Shown in pieces: positions 23,668 through 37,618 of a DNA stretch of 64,000 bases. A model generated the notes under the pieces. The model had not been told where the DNA came from, made no database searches, and saw only the letters and a program-made list of their open reading frames with translations. Source of the DNA: Narcine bancroftii (Eukaryota). The position numbers and the translations under genes are program-made. Numbering within the stretch: position 1 is the stretch's first letter; each line of letters opens with the position of its first letter. Where the stretch lies: positions 5,518,001-5,582,000 of the forward strand of contig NC_091475.1 of the NCBI RefSeq assembly GCF_036971445.1, written 5' to 3'.

Positions 23668-24589
23668 GAAAATACTCATTTAGCTCTTCTGCCCCCTCTT
23701 TATCCTCCCATTATTATTTTCTCAGCATCATTATCTACCCTCACCTCTTTTTCACCCTTTATGCACACCTAAAACCAAGAAAGTAAGGGGGAAGAGGGCA
23801 AAGAAGCTTGTTTACAAAAGCAAATGAACACTGCTGGTTTTCATGTGAGCAAGGAAACTGCATTTCCATCCGGCTTTTGTCCGACCACATCTGAAGTACT
23901 GTGGACAATTTTGGACTCTTTTTTTTAAAAAAAGAAAGAAGGATTTACTTTTCAATAAAGGGGATTCGTCAGGACAAGGGCGTTTGAGTCCATTGGGACT
24001 GCATCCTCTAAACCAGTTACCAATGAAAGATCTCGTGCTCCAATTCTTTATCTAGGGCTCGATAAGGTGGGCCATTCACTCTATCCCTGTCGTTCTGCCC
24101 CATTTCCTGAACCCTGAACGGACAAATCTAGAATCAGAGAGGCGAGTTTCATGAACAATACTGCGGCAAAGATAAAACGACAAGTAAACATGATTGCAGC
24201 AAGTTACATTTCAGGCGGATGCTTGCAAAGGGAAGTCCGTTTTGTTAATTTAGCACCAGAATGAGACGTCTGGAAAGTAGCCAGTAATGAGGAACAGTGT
24301 AACGGAATGAAATGTGGGTGCAGCAATGAACAAATGCCTTGGCCAGGGTAGAGATAAACAACACTTACTTCACATCAACCAGAGGTGCACTGAGGAGGGT
24401 TTGCAGGATCGGAAGTCCATCAGGACCCATACCATGGCAGTCCACCGAGTGTATCGGCTTTTTGCCTGTTATCCGGCTTTGTGCCTGTAATCCGGCTGTA
24501 ATTTTGCCTGTAATCCGGCTTTTGATTTTTTTCTACCCCATTCTTTTGGGGGGATCGAAGGTGGGATTCAGCTCGCTTCTGACACCGCC

Positions 24590-25020
24590 AAGACAATGAC
24601 GAGGAGGCGTCCCCCCGCCCCCGCCAAGATCAGCAGCCCTCCACCAATCAGCGTGCGGCGATCCCAGAGGTGAGCCAATCGGGCCGGAGAAAGGCGGGCC
24701 CTTCGAACCGCGGGATGATTGGCGGGCCGATGTTGCCAATGCGGTCTTTCCGCCAAAAACTGCCACACCACGTCGATGCGCCCCCTCCGTGGCGGGACGG
24801 GGGGGGCGACCACCAGAGGGGTGATCGAGCGCGGGGGGGGGGGGAACGGAGAAGGGGACTGCTCGCCGCGCCCCCCCCCGCCGCCGGGAGCGCGCGCCAC
24901 TGTTCATCCCTTCCACGAGCGCTGAACTGGCCCGACCTCGAGTTTCCCAAATGCCCTTTGGGCTTCGAGGTCAGGCTGGAGATGCCGCCTGGAGAAACGA
25001 CCGAGTTTGGAGGGAAGGGA
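24590..25020 (-). promoter_or_regulatory. NXPE3: CpG island with CCAAT and GC boxes; probable NXPE3 promoter
   Basis: High GC and CpG content. CCAAT/ATTGG at about 24644, 24675, 24718 and 24736, plus GC boxes. A strong minus-strand donor AA|GTAAGT at 24368 fits a non-coding first exon. Confidence 0.7.
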
Positions 25021-26837
25021 TGGTGCAGATGGTAGAAAGTCAAGGTGAAACCACCAGGTGTCTCAATCTTGAGGCACAAGTAGCAGAATTGGGCGTTTGG
25101 CAGGTCAAAGTGGGCATGGAAGGGAGTAGCAATAGGTCAAAGTTTGGGACATTTAAATTGGAGCACCCTACTGCCAGGCTCAGGCAGGATACCCATGATG
25201 GGGATCAGGAAATTGAGCCAATAGGGCAGAAGGACAGGGATAGAGTGAATTGCCCATTAACTTCTCAAGATAGTCAAGAGAAAACCCAAGATGCTGGAGC
25301 AAATCAGAATGGAGGGGAAAGGGACTGTAGATGCTTCAAGACAAACCCCTTCATCAAGGCAGCGGTATGATGGATGGCTTTCTCTCGACACTTAATGGTA
25401 TAAAGTGCGCAGAGAGAAATCTTAAAATGTTTTGGGTCAATTCAGAACAGGGAGACGGTGAGAAGAGGGAGAGAGTCGGTTTGAAGTGGTGAGGTAGGGG
25501 AGTGGGAAGAGAAGCAGGAGTTAACAGGGAAAGAGGGGGGGGGAGGTTGAAGGGCAGGTGATGGAGGAATGGTTGGAGATGGTGACAGAGGCTGGGACGT
25601 GATGTGAAGACAATAAAAGGCTGCGACTGTTTAAAAAGTCGGCGGCGTACTCATGAAAGACGAGAAATTACTCAACTAAGGAAATGAGTTTGAAGATATA
25701 TTGATTGCCATCTTCTAAAATCCAAGAATGTTTCCCAGAGATTGCAGGGTAGCATTTAAGAGAGAAATTTTTAAAAAAAACAAGAAACTATAGGCCTGTT
25801 AATTTTAACTCAATTGTCAGGAAAATGCTGAAATCTATTATTAAAGATATGTTATAGAAGACTCCGACGATCTAATAGAATTGGCAAATACAGTGTTATG
25901 TCAAATCTTTTGAATTTTTTTAGATTGCAAGTAATAGACTAGATCAGGGCTGGGCAATTAGTGGGTATTTGGAGTGTTTCAGCATCTTACTGAATGTTAG
26001 AGCAGGTCTCCATTTTTATTTAATACAGTGTAAATGTTTGTCCTTTAAGAGCGCACTTAGAAAATTAACAATAGAAATGAAGGGGGGTGAGAGAAAATAT
26101 TGTGTAGCTGCCTCTAGGATTGAGGGCACTGGATAGTTTTCAGAAGAAATTTACATATGTTTTAATGTTCAGTTATTTTCTGTTACTTTAAATATACATG
26201 TCAATAATGAGACATTGTTCTGCATTTATTGTTAATTCTAATATTATAGGTATATACATTTGTAGTTGTATTTTCAGTAAAGCACTTGAATACAGGGATG
26301 CAAGAAACATTTGCTTCAAGCTTAAAGTTAAATATTGGTTCAATAACAAATAGACCTGCATCTTTAAGTTAATATCTTCATCCTATTCCATGCTGCACAT
26401 CAAAATAAATAATGAAGCATTTTAGATCAGAGCTTCAGAGTTTTGGTGTCGTACAAAATACAATTTTACACCTTCAAATAAGATGCTGGAAGTTAATAAT
26501 CTAAGTCATGCCATCTTGCTGAAAGGAGAGATGTCGATATACACATTCACACTTTGAACCAAGAGTCATGGATAACTGGAAAGTTCAGAAAAAAAATCTC
26601 ATCTGGAGAATAATCAACAGAAAACAACACATTAAAATTGTACTAGTCGGAATTCTGACAGATGAAACCAACTAAATTAACAAAGTAGTGCAATAACATT
26701 TTATTTGCAGTTTCTTGTACAAGTGACTTTGGAAGAACAAGCGTCTCCAGCACCCTTAACAAATTTAGATCTTTGTCGTATTGTTTTCACTTAGTCTGGC
26801 CTTTTAGCATTGTTCTTATTTACATCAATGATCAGAT

Positions 26838-27467
26838 TCATTCAGGGACTTTTTCTTGTCCATCAACATCACATTCTTCTACTTGACATGGGGGATCTGG
26901 AATTGCAGTGCAGTCATTTTCCAACATCTCCACCAAAGGAGATTCATGAACATCATTCCTGCTACTGCACTCTGTTCTCGCGCTACAGTTTGATTCATCC
27001 TCTGCAGCCTCCAGCATCTTAACAGAATTGAGATACTGCTGTATAAGGCTGCTGTCCTGTTCACTATTGGCGTTTTCCCCATTCCATTTTGTGTGCATTG
27101 GATCTTGAGTTTCTGGTTCTTCAGGATCATTCATTGAACACTCATTGTTTAGTTGGTTAAGTTCACAAGTGGCTTCTAAAACTGTGCTCATGCTCCCACC
27201 TGAGGAACTCTGACAAAAATTAGGAGAATCTTGGAGACAATTGTTGATAATGTCTGAAGATTGAAAGCCAGAATCAGGAAATTCTAGCAGTGAAAACTCT
27301 GAGTGAGTATTTTGTCGGGAAGAAGGGCTTTTATAGTTATTCAAAGGTGTGCATTCAGAAGAATGAATAAATGTAGGATGCAAAAGAATGGGTTTTTCCA
27401 AGTCAGGGTGCAGTACTTCATTTTGTTTCTGTATCATAGACCGCTGCCATTCCTGAAGGCTCCGAAC
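26838..27467 (-). CDS. CEP97: CEP97 exon 11 (last coding exon, 630 nt incl. TGA)
   Basis: ttatag acceptor. Translation VRSLQEWQRSMIQ...SEQDSSLIQQYLNSVKMLE. Minus-strand AATAAA near 26700. Confidence 0.9.
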   Translation of the reverse strand, partial: VRSLQEWQRSMIQKQNEVLHPDLEKPILLHPTFIHSSECTPLNNYKSPSSRQNTHSEFSLLEFPDSGFQSSDIINNCLQDSPNFCQSSSGGSMSTVLEATCELNQLNNECSMNDPEEPETQDPMHTKWNGENANSEQDSSLIQQYLNSVKMLEAAEDESNCSARTECSSRNDVHESPLVEMLENDCTAIPDPPCQVEECDVDGQEKVPE

Positions 27468-30059
27468 CTATAATAAAAAGAAAAATGATACTGCAAAATA
27501 GGCAAAGAGAATCCGATTTTAAATATTTTATTATCATGAACGTTCATCTTTTGTGCACAATAATTCAAAATGGACAATTACATTTATTTACAAAATCCCA
27601 AGAACAATATACATTTTAAGCAACGTTATTGTCATCGTAATCTGCACTCTAATATTGAAGACTACTTGGTTAGCTTTGCTGGATACAAACAGTCATCCAC
27701 CTATTAGATTGTTGATCACAGTTTTGTAGAATAACCTTTATTTACATAAAAATGGGCAACTTTTGATTGGCTTCTCATCCCTTCTCTTCCATTCAATATT
27801 GGAACGTCACTTTTTTTCTATAGCAACCATGAACATTTACATTTTATTTTATCTCTCTTTAATGTATTTCATTGTAGTTTTTTTTTACTTTACGAAGTAC
27901 CTGTTTGGCTGCAGAAAGCAAGAATTTTTGAGCACATGTACATTGTTTAATATATATGCTAATAAACTCATTAACATGAATTTATGTTGCATATGTTCTG
28001 CCTTCATAACCCTCCTGGGCACACTTGTTTTAAAACTCACCCTGCTCTGTATGATTTCTCCCCCCCCCCCATTACGACCAATCCCCTTATTTCAACACTA
28101 TGACCTCTGGTTCTAATTACTCCAAGCCAAGGGAAACATGACCTTGCCAATCCCCACCAGAAATCTGTATATTTTAATGACATCACTTTTCATTAAACTC
28201 CATACATGAAACACAGAAAGAATCTGTTTAATCTTCTTCATGTGACAATTCTTTTGCATGGTGGCACAGTCTCAGTAAACCAGAATCAATCCTGACCTCA
28301 GCTACTATCTTTGTGGAGTTTGTACCATGTTCTGGAAAGCTAAATGGTTACAGAAAATTGTTCCTTGTCAAGATGAGAGTCAGGAGAATTGGAAACATTG
28401 ATGGGCATACGAGAGAGCATAGGTTACAGGAAAATAAATGGGGGAATATGGTATGAATAGATCCTTCCCATGTAGTAATAAACACAAAATGTAATGTGAC
28501 AAATCCACTATCCCAACACTGAATCTGGTGAACACAGTAGAATAAACATCATTAGTTTTAAAGAAATCTCTGATAATTTTAATATACATTTTGGAATATT
28601 GAAATGTGACAATCTGCAGGTGAGACCCAAGCGAGTTATCTGATGAAGTCAAGGGATAACTGGAACTGAGCAAGTAATTCAGTCCTTTTGAAGTCATATG
28701 TTTACTGATGTCTGAATTTCCACTATAGATTTCTACTCCCACATTTATAATGGAAACTTCTTATGTCAAATTATCACATTTATCTGAGGTCCAAGTGATA
28801 GTGTAAAAAAGTAAACGACCAAATCAGCAGGCTTCAATGTATAGGGCTGGCTTGTAGGTAAACAGATGAGGAGCGATCAGACATGTTCATAATGCAGCCA
28901 TTGCTGACTTGGTGGTATAGAAACAATCAAGGCTTGCTCGACTGGGCAATCACTTAGAGAAAAACCCTTTTCACATATTTTCTTTGATCAAAATGGCTGA
29001 AAATAAATTTACACAACTCATGGCCTAATAATTGCAACTGAATGCAGATTAAAACCTATTTAAGTATTAAATCCAAACTTGAGAGGTTTTGCAAACCAAT
29101 CTCAATTTAGAACCTGAATTTTGCAGCATGGCAACAGGCTTTTCACCCAATTTGTTCATCCAGTCCAACCCATCTACCCAAACTAGACCCATATGCCTCC
29201 ATTCCACCAACATCTCTTCAAAGCTTTCTTATCCTTGTACCTTCCTAAATACATTTTAAATGTTACAATTCTATATCCACCTCTTCCTCTGGCAATTCAT
29301 TACATTAAATATCATCTTCAAAATGGACAAAGTTGCTCCTCTGGTCCATTTTACTTCTTTACCCTCTCACCTTAATTCTATGCTGTCTAGTTTTAGATTT
29401 TTCTAGCCTAGGAAAAGACATTGACTACCTTTTTTATGCCCAGCAACAATTAAAATGGCTACCCCACCAGAGCTGCTGCATTGGCAGCACTGCCACTGGT
29501 TTGGTCCGAGGAGAATGGAAAGTGGAGACACAGCTCTGCTCTGAAGGGTTCAACCTCCCGGTCCTTATGTCAGCAGCTCTATACAGTTGTTAAACGGCTT
29601 GTTAGAGGAATCAAAGGTGTTTTTAAACTAAACTCCTGCAACCATGGGTCTGTGCCCAATATGGCGGCGCCTGTGCTCGGCAGCAGCTGTGAAGTGTTGT
29701 AGACTCCAGAGGAGCAGTGGACTGGCGCAGGACACCAGAAAAGGGGAGAACAATCCCCATTGAGAGGAGAAGCATGGGAGATGACCCTACAGAACAGTGA
29801 CCAAGGCGGCAGACCAACGAGGGACTCAGCAGCTGAGGGGCACACAAAGGCTGTGAGTGACTTGTGGTTGGAGGACACGCACGGTCTGCGGACTGCTGGA
29901 GACTAGCTCATGGGAATTGGGTATTGGAGCCACAATTCAATGGTGACAATTTGTCCACCTTACGGCAAGCAGAAGGCAATTCCGTGTAATATTACATGTT
30001 CTGTACCATTGAATGCCAAAAAAAAGGAGAATCGAATAAACCTCTTCAAAGTCCAACCT

Positions 30060-30700
30060 CCTGGCGCTCCATGGAAAAAAGCCTCAGCCTACAAGTTTTT
30101 CCTTATAACTTAAATTCTCCAGACCTGGTAAAATCCTTGTGAATTTTTTCTGTACCCTTTCCAGCTTAATGGCATCTTTCTTATAGTTAGACAACCGAAA
30201 CTGCACACAATATTCTGCATGGTTCTCTACACTTGTAACACAATGTCCAGTTCCTGTATTCAATTCCCTGACTGACAAAGGCAAATATGCCAAAAACACT
30301 ATCCTCACACCCTAACTGCACATGATGCCACTTTCATGAAACCACATATACTATTACTGACTGTCACTCACTTGTGTATACTTGTGTATCGGCTACTGCT
30401 GTGGGAGTGTCTGCCTAGCTGGTATAATAATGGTGCTCAGTGTCCCACTAGCCAGACTAAGGTAGCATTGAGTCTGTTAATAAAAGCCAAATATTATTCC
30501 ATTCACTTCTCTGAACTCTTATTGATGGCATATCACCAAGCACCTGTACTCTTAAGTCTCTCTGTTCCAGAACATTCTCCAGGGCCTGCCATTTATTGGA
30601 AAAAATCACATTGTTTCCCCTTCTCCCCAAGCACATTTACCTGAGCCACATTAGAAACACAAAACAACAACACCAAATCATCTGCCCTAGAATACCCATG
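30060..30700 (-). mobile_element. CR1-clade LINE fragment
   Basis: Motif EYCVQF...YKKDAIKLERVQKKFTRILPGLENLSYKEKL. Confidence 0.65.
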
Positions 30701-31020
30701 ACACTGACAACATACAAAGTTGGGGCCAAAACTTTGGTATTAGGCAAAACTGTTGTTAAATTTTTAAATGACTAATATTCAAAGATTTTTTTTAAAAACT
30801 AATAACATTTATCTTCAGTACGTTTATTTTCCATACCTTCCAAGTTTTTTTGTAAGCTTTTACAAAAGAAGATTTTAAAACCAAGGCTGTCATCTTACTT
30901 ACTCTTTGTGATAGGTTGATGGTGGACATAGAATATTGTGAATACTGCAAATTCCAGCTTTGAAAAATATGGAAACAAATTCACTTTTATGCTAAGTAAA
31001 TTCATAGCAATTAAACTTAC

Positions 31021-31096
31021 CTCATTCCATAAGAACTTTACAGCCTCTTCTTGTACCATTCTTTGAATATGTTCTTCTTCACATTTTTTCCTCCAT
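31021..31096 (-). CDS. CEP97: CEP97 exon 10 (76 nt)
   Basis: ttgtag acceptor and GTAAGT donor. Translation RWRKKCEEEHIQRMVQEEAVKFLWNE. Confidence 0.93.
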
Positions 31097-31620
31097 CTAC
31101 AAAAATGGAAATGATAGAACATTTATGACACAAGGAGGCTATTCAGCTCATCACATCATTGTTAATCAAGAAACAGACATCCAGCCTCATCTTATTTTCC
31201 AGCACTTGACCCACAGTTCTGCATGTCATGGCATGGTAGACATCAAAGTATTTCTTAAACGTGACTAATGCCTCCACCACCCACCTTTCAGACACTGGAT
31301 TCGAGAATCCCACACAACTTCTTGGTTGATTCTTTTTTCTTTCTCCCTCCACTCAATCTCCCATCTAATCTTCCTGCCCCTGATAACACGAGCTCTTTTG
31401 TGCCATCTTATAGGCAAATAAAGATTCAAAATTACTAGATTATTTTTGTGTCAAAGTAGTATTTTTTCCTTGAGCAGTCACTGGTTGACTCCCTCCAAAA
31501 TTAGACACCACAGCTCCAGTAACCTGGGTTCGAACCTGATTTACAGTGACCTTTACTCTCTCCTCTCTATAACCAAGTGGGTATCGAGCAAGAGCTCACA
31601 TTCCCCAAGATATACTTCAC

Positions 31621-32380
31621 CTGATTACTTCTTGAGTTAAGTATTCCACGTGTTCCTGCATCCTATGCAGTCGGATTTCACAACGCATTTCCTTTGCTTT
31701 TGGATTCCAGTTCCTTGTGTAGAATCCACGCCAGCATGCTTGAATCTTTACTGCTGCTTTATTCATATATTCTAGATTCACATTAATTGCTTTAGACCCG
31801 TCAGATGCATCTGGCTTCAAGTTCTCTCTTGTCACCTCTTGGACAGTTTCCTTTTGTGCCCAACTTGACAATTTGTTTTCTGGAAAACATTGCTCTTTTG
31901 TTAATTCAGCTGATATTGGGATTTTACTTTCTCTCAAAGGGAAGTTGACACAAGATTGCATAGGACTGGATGTAGGTAACAGCTTGCTGCTGCTCTCCTC
32001 ATTTCTCTGCCATGCTTCATAATCTGCTTTCCTTGATGCTTTCTGGTATTTTCGGTCTTCATTATCTTCACATTCAACTCCAGTTTTCAAATGCCGCGGT
32101 GTAGTGGCGTCACCTTCTGGAGTCAGACTATCTATAGGAAGCCTCAGATTGTGGGAAGGTGAGAGAGATGATATTGCAGTGGTTACAGGCATGAATGTGG
32201 ATTCAGAGGATAGAAGACTATTGTTCAATTTATCTTCATCAGTCTGTATATCCTCCAAGAAGAGGGCATCATGACAGCATCTGGAAGTCTCTCCAAGAAT
32301 TAATGAAAATTGCTTAATTGCTTTGCTCTGTTGTCCATGGCCATCTGCTTCAACCCATGAGTTAATGCGAATTACTGGTT
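31621..32380 (-). CDS. CEP97: CEP97 exon 9 (760 nt, includes IQ motif)
   Basis: Translation EPVIRINSWV...LFLEDIQTDEDKLNNSLLSSESTFMPV...KAAVKIQACWRGFYTR...EIRLHRMQEH. AG/GT boundaries, phase 1-2. Confidence 0.95.
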
Positions 32381-33324
32381 CTAAAATAGAACAAAAATAT
32401 ATTGCATAGATACAATGGTGATTTTGTTTTCATTTTTGTGCAAGTGCTGGCTGGAACACAAGACACAGTCCATCTACAAGGACTACCAACAAATCAATCC
32501 CATAGTTTTATGTGGAACTATACAATCTACACATATTTGACCACATGAGCAACTTCTACATCATATGACAAAAGTCAAATTATCTCATTTCACAAGAACC
32601 TTGTTAAGAGATGCAGGTTTTACATCAATATTTGTACTGTGATGCTACCGCAAAACAACAAATTCCATGATAATAAATTCTGATTCTGAATTCTATAAAC
32701 CCAAGTGACCCAACTAGCATAATTAGCATTCCTTTAACTGAATATCAGGAAGAACAAAAAATGTACCCAAAATATAACCCTGTCACATCATCCATTGTGA
32801 ACAAATGTCAACATTTTCAGTGACTAATGTTCCTAAGGGCTAACTCAAGAGTGAGCTGCTACAGATTGGCTCAAGACAATCAGTTCTACCACTTCACCAC
32901 CACTCTACTGCTTTTGTTGCCAAATTGCTTTCTTGACATATAACAATGGAGGAAACCAAATTTCTATCAGATAAATCTCAGCACCTGCAGCAAACTCCAC
33001 ATCCACCCCTCAAATGTGCCTCACCTTACAGCAATTCAGATCCATACATCTTATTCAAAGTGCAGTGGAACTTCCAAATCTGTCCCCTCCATTATAAAGA
33101 CATTTCCTATATACCATCAACCAGCAGTGTCCATATTTTGTACCATCAGTTGTTGAAACTGTCTACTTAGGGACTCAATTATTCTACTACTTTAATGGTT
33201 TACTGGCCAACTCTCGATTTCCAACTTTCATAAATCTTAGTGCTCTTTAAAAAGACAACTGGCCACATTCTATTTAAAACCAATGACCACTCATCCACAA
33301 CTATGTCAGTTGTTCATGTGGGAT

Positions 33325-34175
33325 TGTGCCTGGCCATCACTGTGTGGCCTGGCACAATTCCAATGCCATCTACAAGTTTGCCAATGACACCACAGTTACC
33401 AGCAAAATCACAAACGGCAAGAGGAAGCGAGCAGGAGGGTCGTTGAATGGTGTGACAACTACAACCTTGCACTCAACGTCAGCAAAACCAAGGAGATTGT
33501 GGACTTCAGGAGGAAGTCAGGAGAACACAACCCAGTCCTCGTCGAGGGCTCAGTTGTGGAGAGGGTCAAGATCTTCAAATTCTTGCATGGCAACATCTCT
33601 GAGAATCTGTCCTGGAGCCTCCATGTTGATGCAATCACAAAAAAGGCTTGCCAGCAGTTATACTTTGTGAAGTGTCTAAGGAGATTCAGTATGTCACCCA
33701 AGACTCTTGTAAACCTCTACAGGTGTACCGTGCAGAGCATTTTGGCTGGTTGCTTCACTGCCTAGTATGGAGGTGCCAACTCTCAGGACAAGAATAAACT
33801 CCAGAGGATTGTTAACTTGGCCTGTAACATCATAGGCACCAGACTTCACTCCATCGAGAACATCTACATGAGGCGGTGTCTTAAAAAAAGCAGCCTCTAT
33901 CCTCAAAGAACCCCAGGGATCACGCAGGGTATGCCTTCTTCACTCTGCTACCATAGGGGAAAAGGTTCAGGAACCTAGATGAGCACTCAGCGGCACAAGG
34001 ACAGCTTCTTCCCCGCTGCCATCAGATTCCTGGATGATCAATGAACCAAGGACACTGCTTTACTTTTCATGTAAGATTTTTTTTTTACAGTAATGTTGTA
34101 AGATGGTTATAATATATGTTTGCCCTTTGATACTGCTGCAATGTACTGGATTTCGTGACAATAAATCCTGATTCT
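33325..34175 (+). mobile_element. Rex1/Babar LINE 3' fragment
   Basis: Motifs IYKFANDTTV, KKACQQLYF.KCLRRF and LVNLYRCTVQSILAGC. Confidence 0.8.
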
Positions 34176-34476
34176 CATTGTGCAAGTGATTCTCTCTCAT
34201 AATTGATAATTAGAAGTGGTACACAGGAGTAGCTTTGAAGAGAACTTAGAACGCAGAACATTACAGCAAAGTACACACCCTTCAGCCCAAGCTGATGCGT
34301 CAACCTATCTAAACCTACTCTACCTCACATCCATCACCCTTATTTTTACCCAAAGAGAAAAAGATTACCGAAAATGGACCAGAATGAGGAGCAAAAAAAT
34401 GGCAGAATAATTAAATTTCTATTCATCTTCTGTGTTCACTAAGGAAGATGCCAATAAGCTTTCAGACCTGCTAGGC

Positions 34477-35278
34477 CACACATGTCAAACTCATGCCCGC
34501 GGGCCAAATTTGGCCCGTGATATAATTATATTTGGCCCGCAAGATCATATCAAATATGTATTAGAGCTGGCCCGCTGACCGCCGCGCCAGTATAGCGCAT
34601 GCACAGCTAATACTACAAATCCCAGAATGCTTTGCAAATGCGTTGGCGCCGGCCCGTCAGCCCGCTAATCGCCCCCACCTCCTCTCTTTACTTTCATGTA
34701 TCTGCGACCTGTCGCCTAACTCACATGTAATGAACCCCTTACGAAAAATGGCCAAACGAAAGACAGAAAACAGGACCTTTCAAGACAGGTGGGAGGCAGA
34801 CTCTGACCCCAGAGTTTGATGAACTTGCATCTAAGAAGAGATGCCAAGTATCTGCTTTAGACCCAGGTGCATCAGAGTAAATCACAGTGGAGCAAGCTAA
34901 GCTTGGATTAATATTTTCTTTGGTTAACTTTGGACTGTTCATCGTTGAAAGATTGGATTTTCACTGAAGCAAGTTGTTATTTTTTTTGACTTGTTGGCTT
35001 GTGAAAAAAAATACATTTAAAAGGAGCTTAAAGGCTATAAAAAATATTATTTATTGAATATTTTATTTCTCATTTGTTAATGCTTCTTCTGGAAAGGGTT
35101 TAACCAAAACTATTATTAAACATTTATTTTAATAAGAAAAAGTTTAACATTACATATGTTGAAAGAAGAGAAAACATGCAGAAGTTGTTGAAAATTTTCA
35201 ATAAATATTTAGTTCGGCCCTCGACTTAGTCCAAGTTTTTAATTTTGGCCCTCCGTGAATTGGAGTTTGACACCCCTG
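34477..35278 (+). mobile_element. Internally deleted hAT (Buster/Charlie, GTF2IRD2-like) transposon with 8-bp TSD TGCTAGGC
   Basis: TSD at 34469-34476 and 35279-35286 with central TA. Termini ..TGTCAAACTC and GAGTTTGACACCCCTG. Transposase start MAKRKTENRTFQDRWEA sits next to the transposase end LTPEFDELASKKRCQVS. Confidence 0.9.
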
Positions 35279-35941
35279 TGCTAGGCAATCAAAGATCTAG
35301 AAAGGGAGGAAATGAAGGAGCAATCGTATTAGATCCCACAAGCAGACATACCATAGGGCTGAAAGGGTTGACCTCTAACACCCAGGAACGTCATCTTTGT
35401 ACATGTCACACAAGTCATCATCCCTCAATTGACATGGACTTCACGATTACCAGGATTCCTCGATGTTGCACATCAAATGCCAATGTTAATGTCGGGACCA
35501 AGGCTGTAAAGTTATATGTACAACAGTCATCCTGCTAAAACCAAAACTGACCAACAGTGAAGAGGTTATTTATCAGAAACTTCCACTATCAAGGACACAT
35601 TTCATCATTTTGTTGAAATGATGCCCTGAAGTCTCACTGCATCCACCTCATGACCCACCTGCCACTAAAAGCTTTTAGTTAAATATTTGCAGAGTTGTCC
35701 AGAGTTGCTATGCTGGTTTTGCTATTTTGTACGCTTGTGTTGTTGCTTCAACTAATTTTAGTTGTATCCAGTGCTATTGCCCCACAGTGAAACAGTATTA
35801 ATCTTCTGGTTTGAAGCCAGAACTTCATGTTCTTGTCTTGTAATAAAAAGACCATTATTTTTGGATGCATGGTTTACAACCATTTAAAAGTATCAAATCA
35901 CTTGCAATCACAGCATTTTTTTGCTCCCGCATTCATCCTAC

Positions 35942-36075
35942 CTTTCACATTACGAACAACATGCTTTTGTGTTGGGTTGTTATATTCACTTTGAATCGAT
36001 AGCTCCAAATTGGGACCCGAATGTGGAGTATGGCTGCTGTTTTCAAACTTTTCCATCAATTCTTGTTGGTGAAGC
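35942..36075 (-). CDS. CEP97: CEP97 exon 8 (134 nt)
   Basis: cactag acceptor and GTAGGA donor. Translation RLHQQELMEKFENSS...VVRNVK. Phase 2-1 is in frame with the neighbouring exons. Confidence 0.85.
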
Positions 36076-36633
36076 CTAGTGCCGGACCAAAAAGCATAAA
36101 ATTAACTACCCAAACCAAATAGAAATGTATTTTGTTTACAATAGCTCCATATTTACATGGACTACATCATACCAAGAACAAAATCAATATGAATAGGCCA
36201 AGCATTTTTTCTGAAGCTGCAAATATATCTTTAGAGATTTAATATTGACCAGGGGAAGAGCGTACCGCAACTGAATGGATGATTATAACAGATAATTTCA
36301 ATCATCCGTTCATAATGTCCATTTGGACAAGATGCTTAAGGAAACGTTTGCTAACAAACATTTTTGCCTTCCCTATCACTTACCAGCTTTTTTCTCTTCT
36401 ACCCTCCCATCCATGACCTCTCACTTGTTACCCCCTTCCCCCACACCTTTTTAATTCAGACACCTGCATGGGCTCAAGCCCAAAACATTGGTTACCTTTT
36501 ACTTTCTATAGATGCTGCATGAGCTACTGAGTTTCTCCAGCATTTTTGTGCATGCACATTGCAGTTCAGTTTACTTGACTTCAGTTTAAAACCACACAGT
36601 TACCTTATTTTCCCTCACAAATAATGTGAAAAT

Positions 36634-36735
36634 TGGGTAGAACTGGTCAGGTATCTCTCACCACTCCAGTGACCGATGTTTATTTCTGACCCCAGTGCTA
36701 TCTGTGTGGAATTTGTACAATCTTTCTGTTATTGT
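36634..36735 (+). repeat. SINE-derived segment, inverted copy of 38861-38964
   Basis: About 100 nt differing from the reverse complement of 38861-38964 by 2 substitutions and one 2-nt indel. Confidence 0.9.
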
Positions 36736-37618
36736 GTGGGCTTCTGGCTATCTCCCAATCTGAAAGTGGTGCTAGTTAATGAATTGACTTCTATGGTCAC
36801 TGATAATAAGAAATGGGATGGAGGAACATGTTATTAAATTGCAAAGAATTATAATATATAGAATCTGAAATCTGTGTAAACAACAAATGACCCAAGCTTG
36901 AAGTGAATCTTTAATGCAAGGATAAGAATGTCTGTGAAAGGTTGACTAAAACAAGAAATTACGGAGGTTGTAGGCAGTTTTAAAAGCACCGGAGTTTGAA
37001 GTTTGATTTACCTTCAAACAGGAGATGGAAGGTTTTGCAAAGTCAAGGTCAGATTCAGTCTAAGCAATAAGCTAGCTTGGGAAACCCATGTTTCAGGTTT
37101 GTACAACTGGAGACAAATGGAATAACATAATACCATGACTTCCCAGCACATCTTTTAGAATCCTCTTGATAGAGTCTCCTTGTCGAAAAACTGATGCTTC
37201 TGCAATCATGCTTCCTTATTATTAAAAGTTAGACTATGTCTAACTTATTTTACAGACCTTTTGCTTCTATGTGGCAATATACAATCAAATAAGATGGTAG
37301 CGGCAAAAAATATCGATTTGTTTTGAATTGTTGGGAAATTAAGGGTTTATGGAGAACCAGGTAGGTCAATGGCCAGATCAGCCATGATCTTATTGAATGG
37401 CAGAGCAGCCTTGATGGGCTGATCTCTCTAGCTCCAGTTTTTTTATAATCTTATGTAAAGCATTTGAAAATTCAGTAAAAATTCCTGATTATCACTAGTT
37501 CAACATGCAAAAATATTCTTCTAGCAAAAAGAGAATATTTAAAGTCTCGTTATACAATTTTGTTTTTTATCTATTTTAGAAATAATCATATTTGGATCAC
37601 AGGATCTTTTTTTTTTAC

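Noticed and set aside
24533-25370. Overlapping GC-rich ORFs on both strands
   Set aside because: Expected stop-codon scarcity in a CpG island; no recognisable protein.
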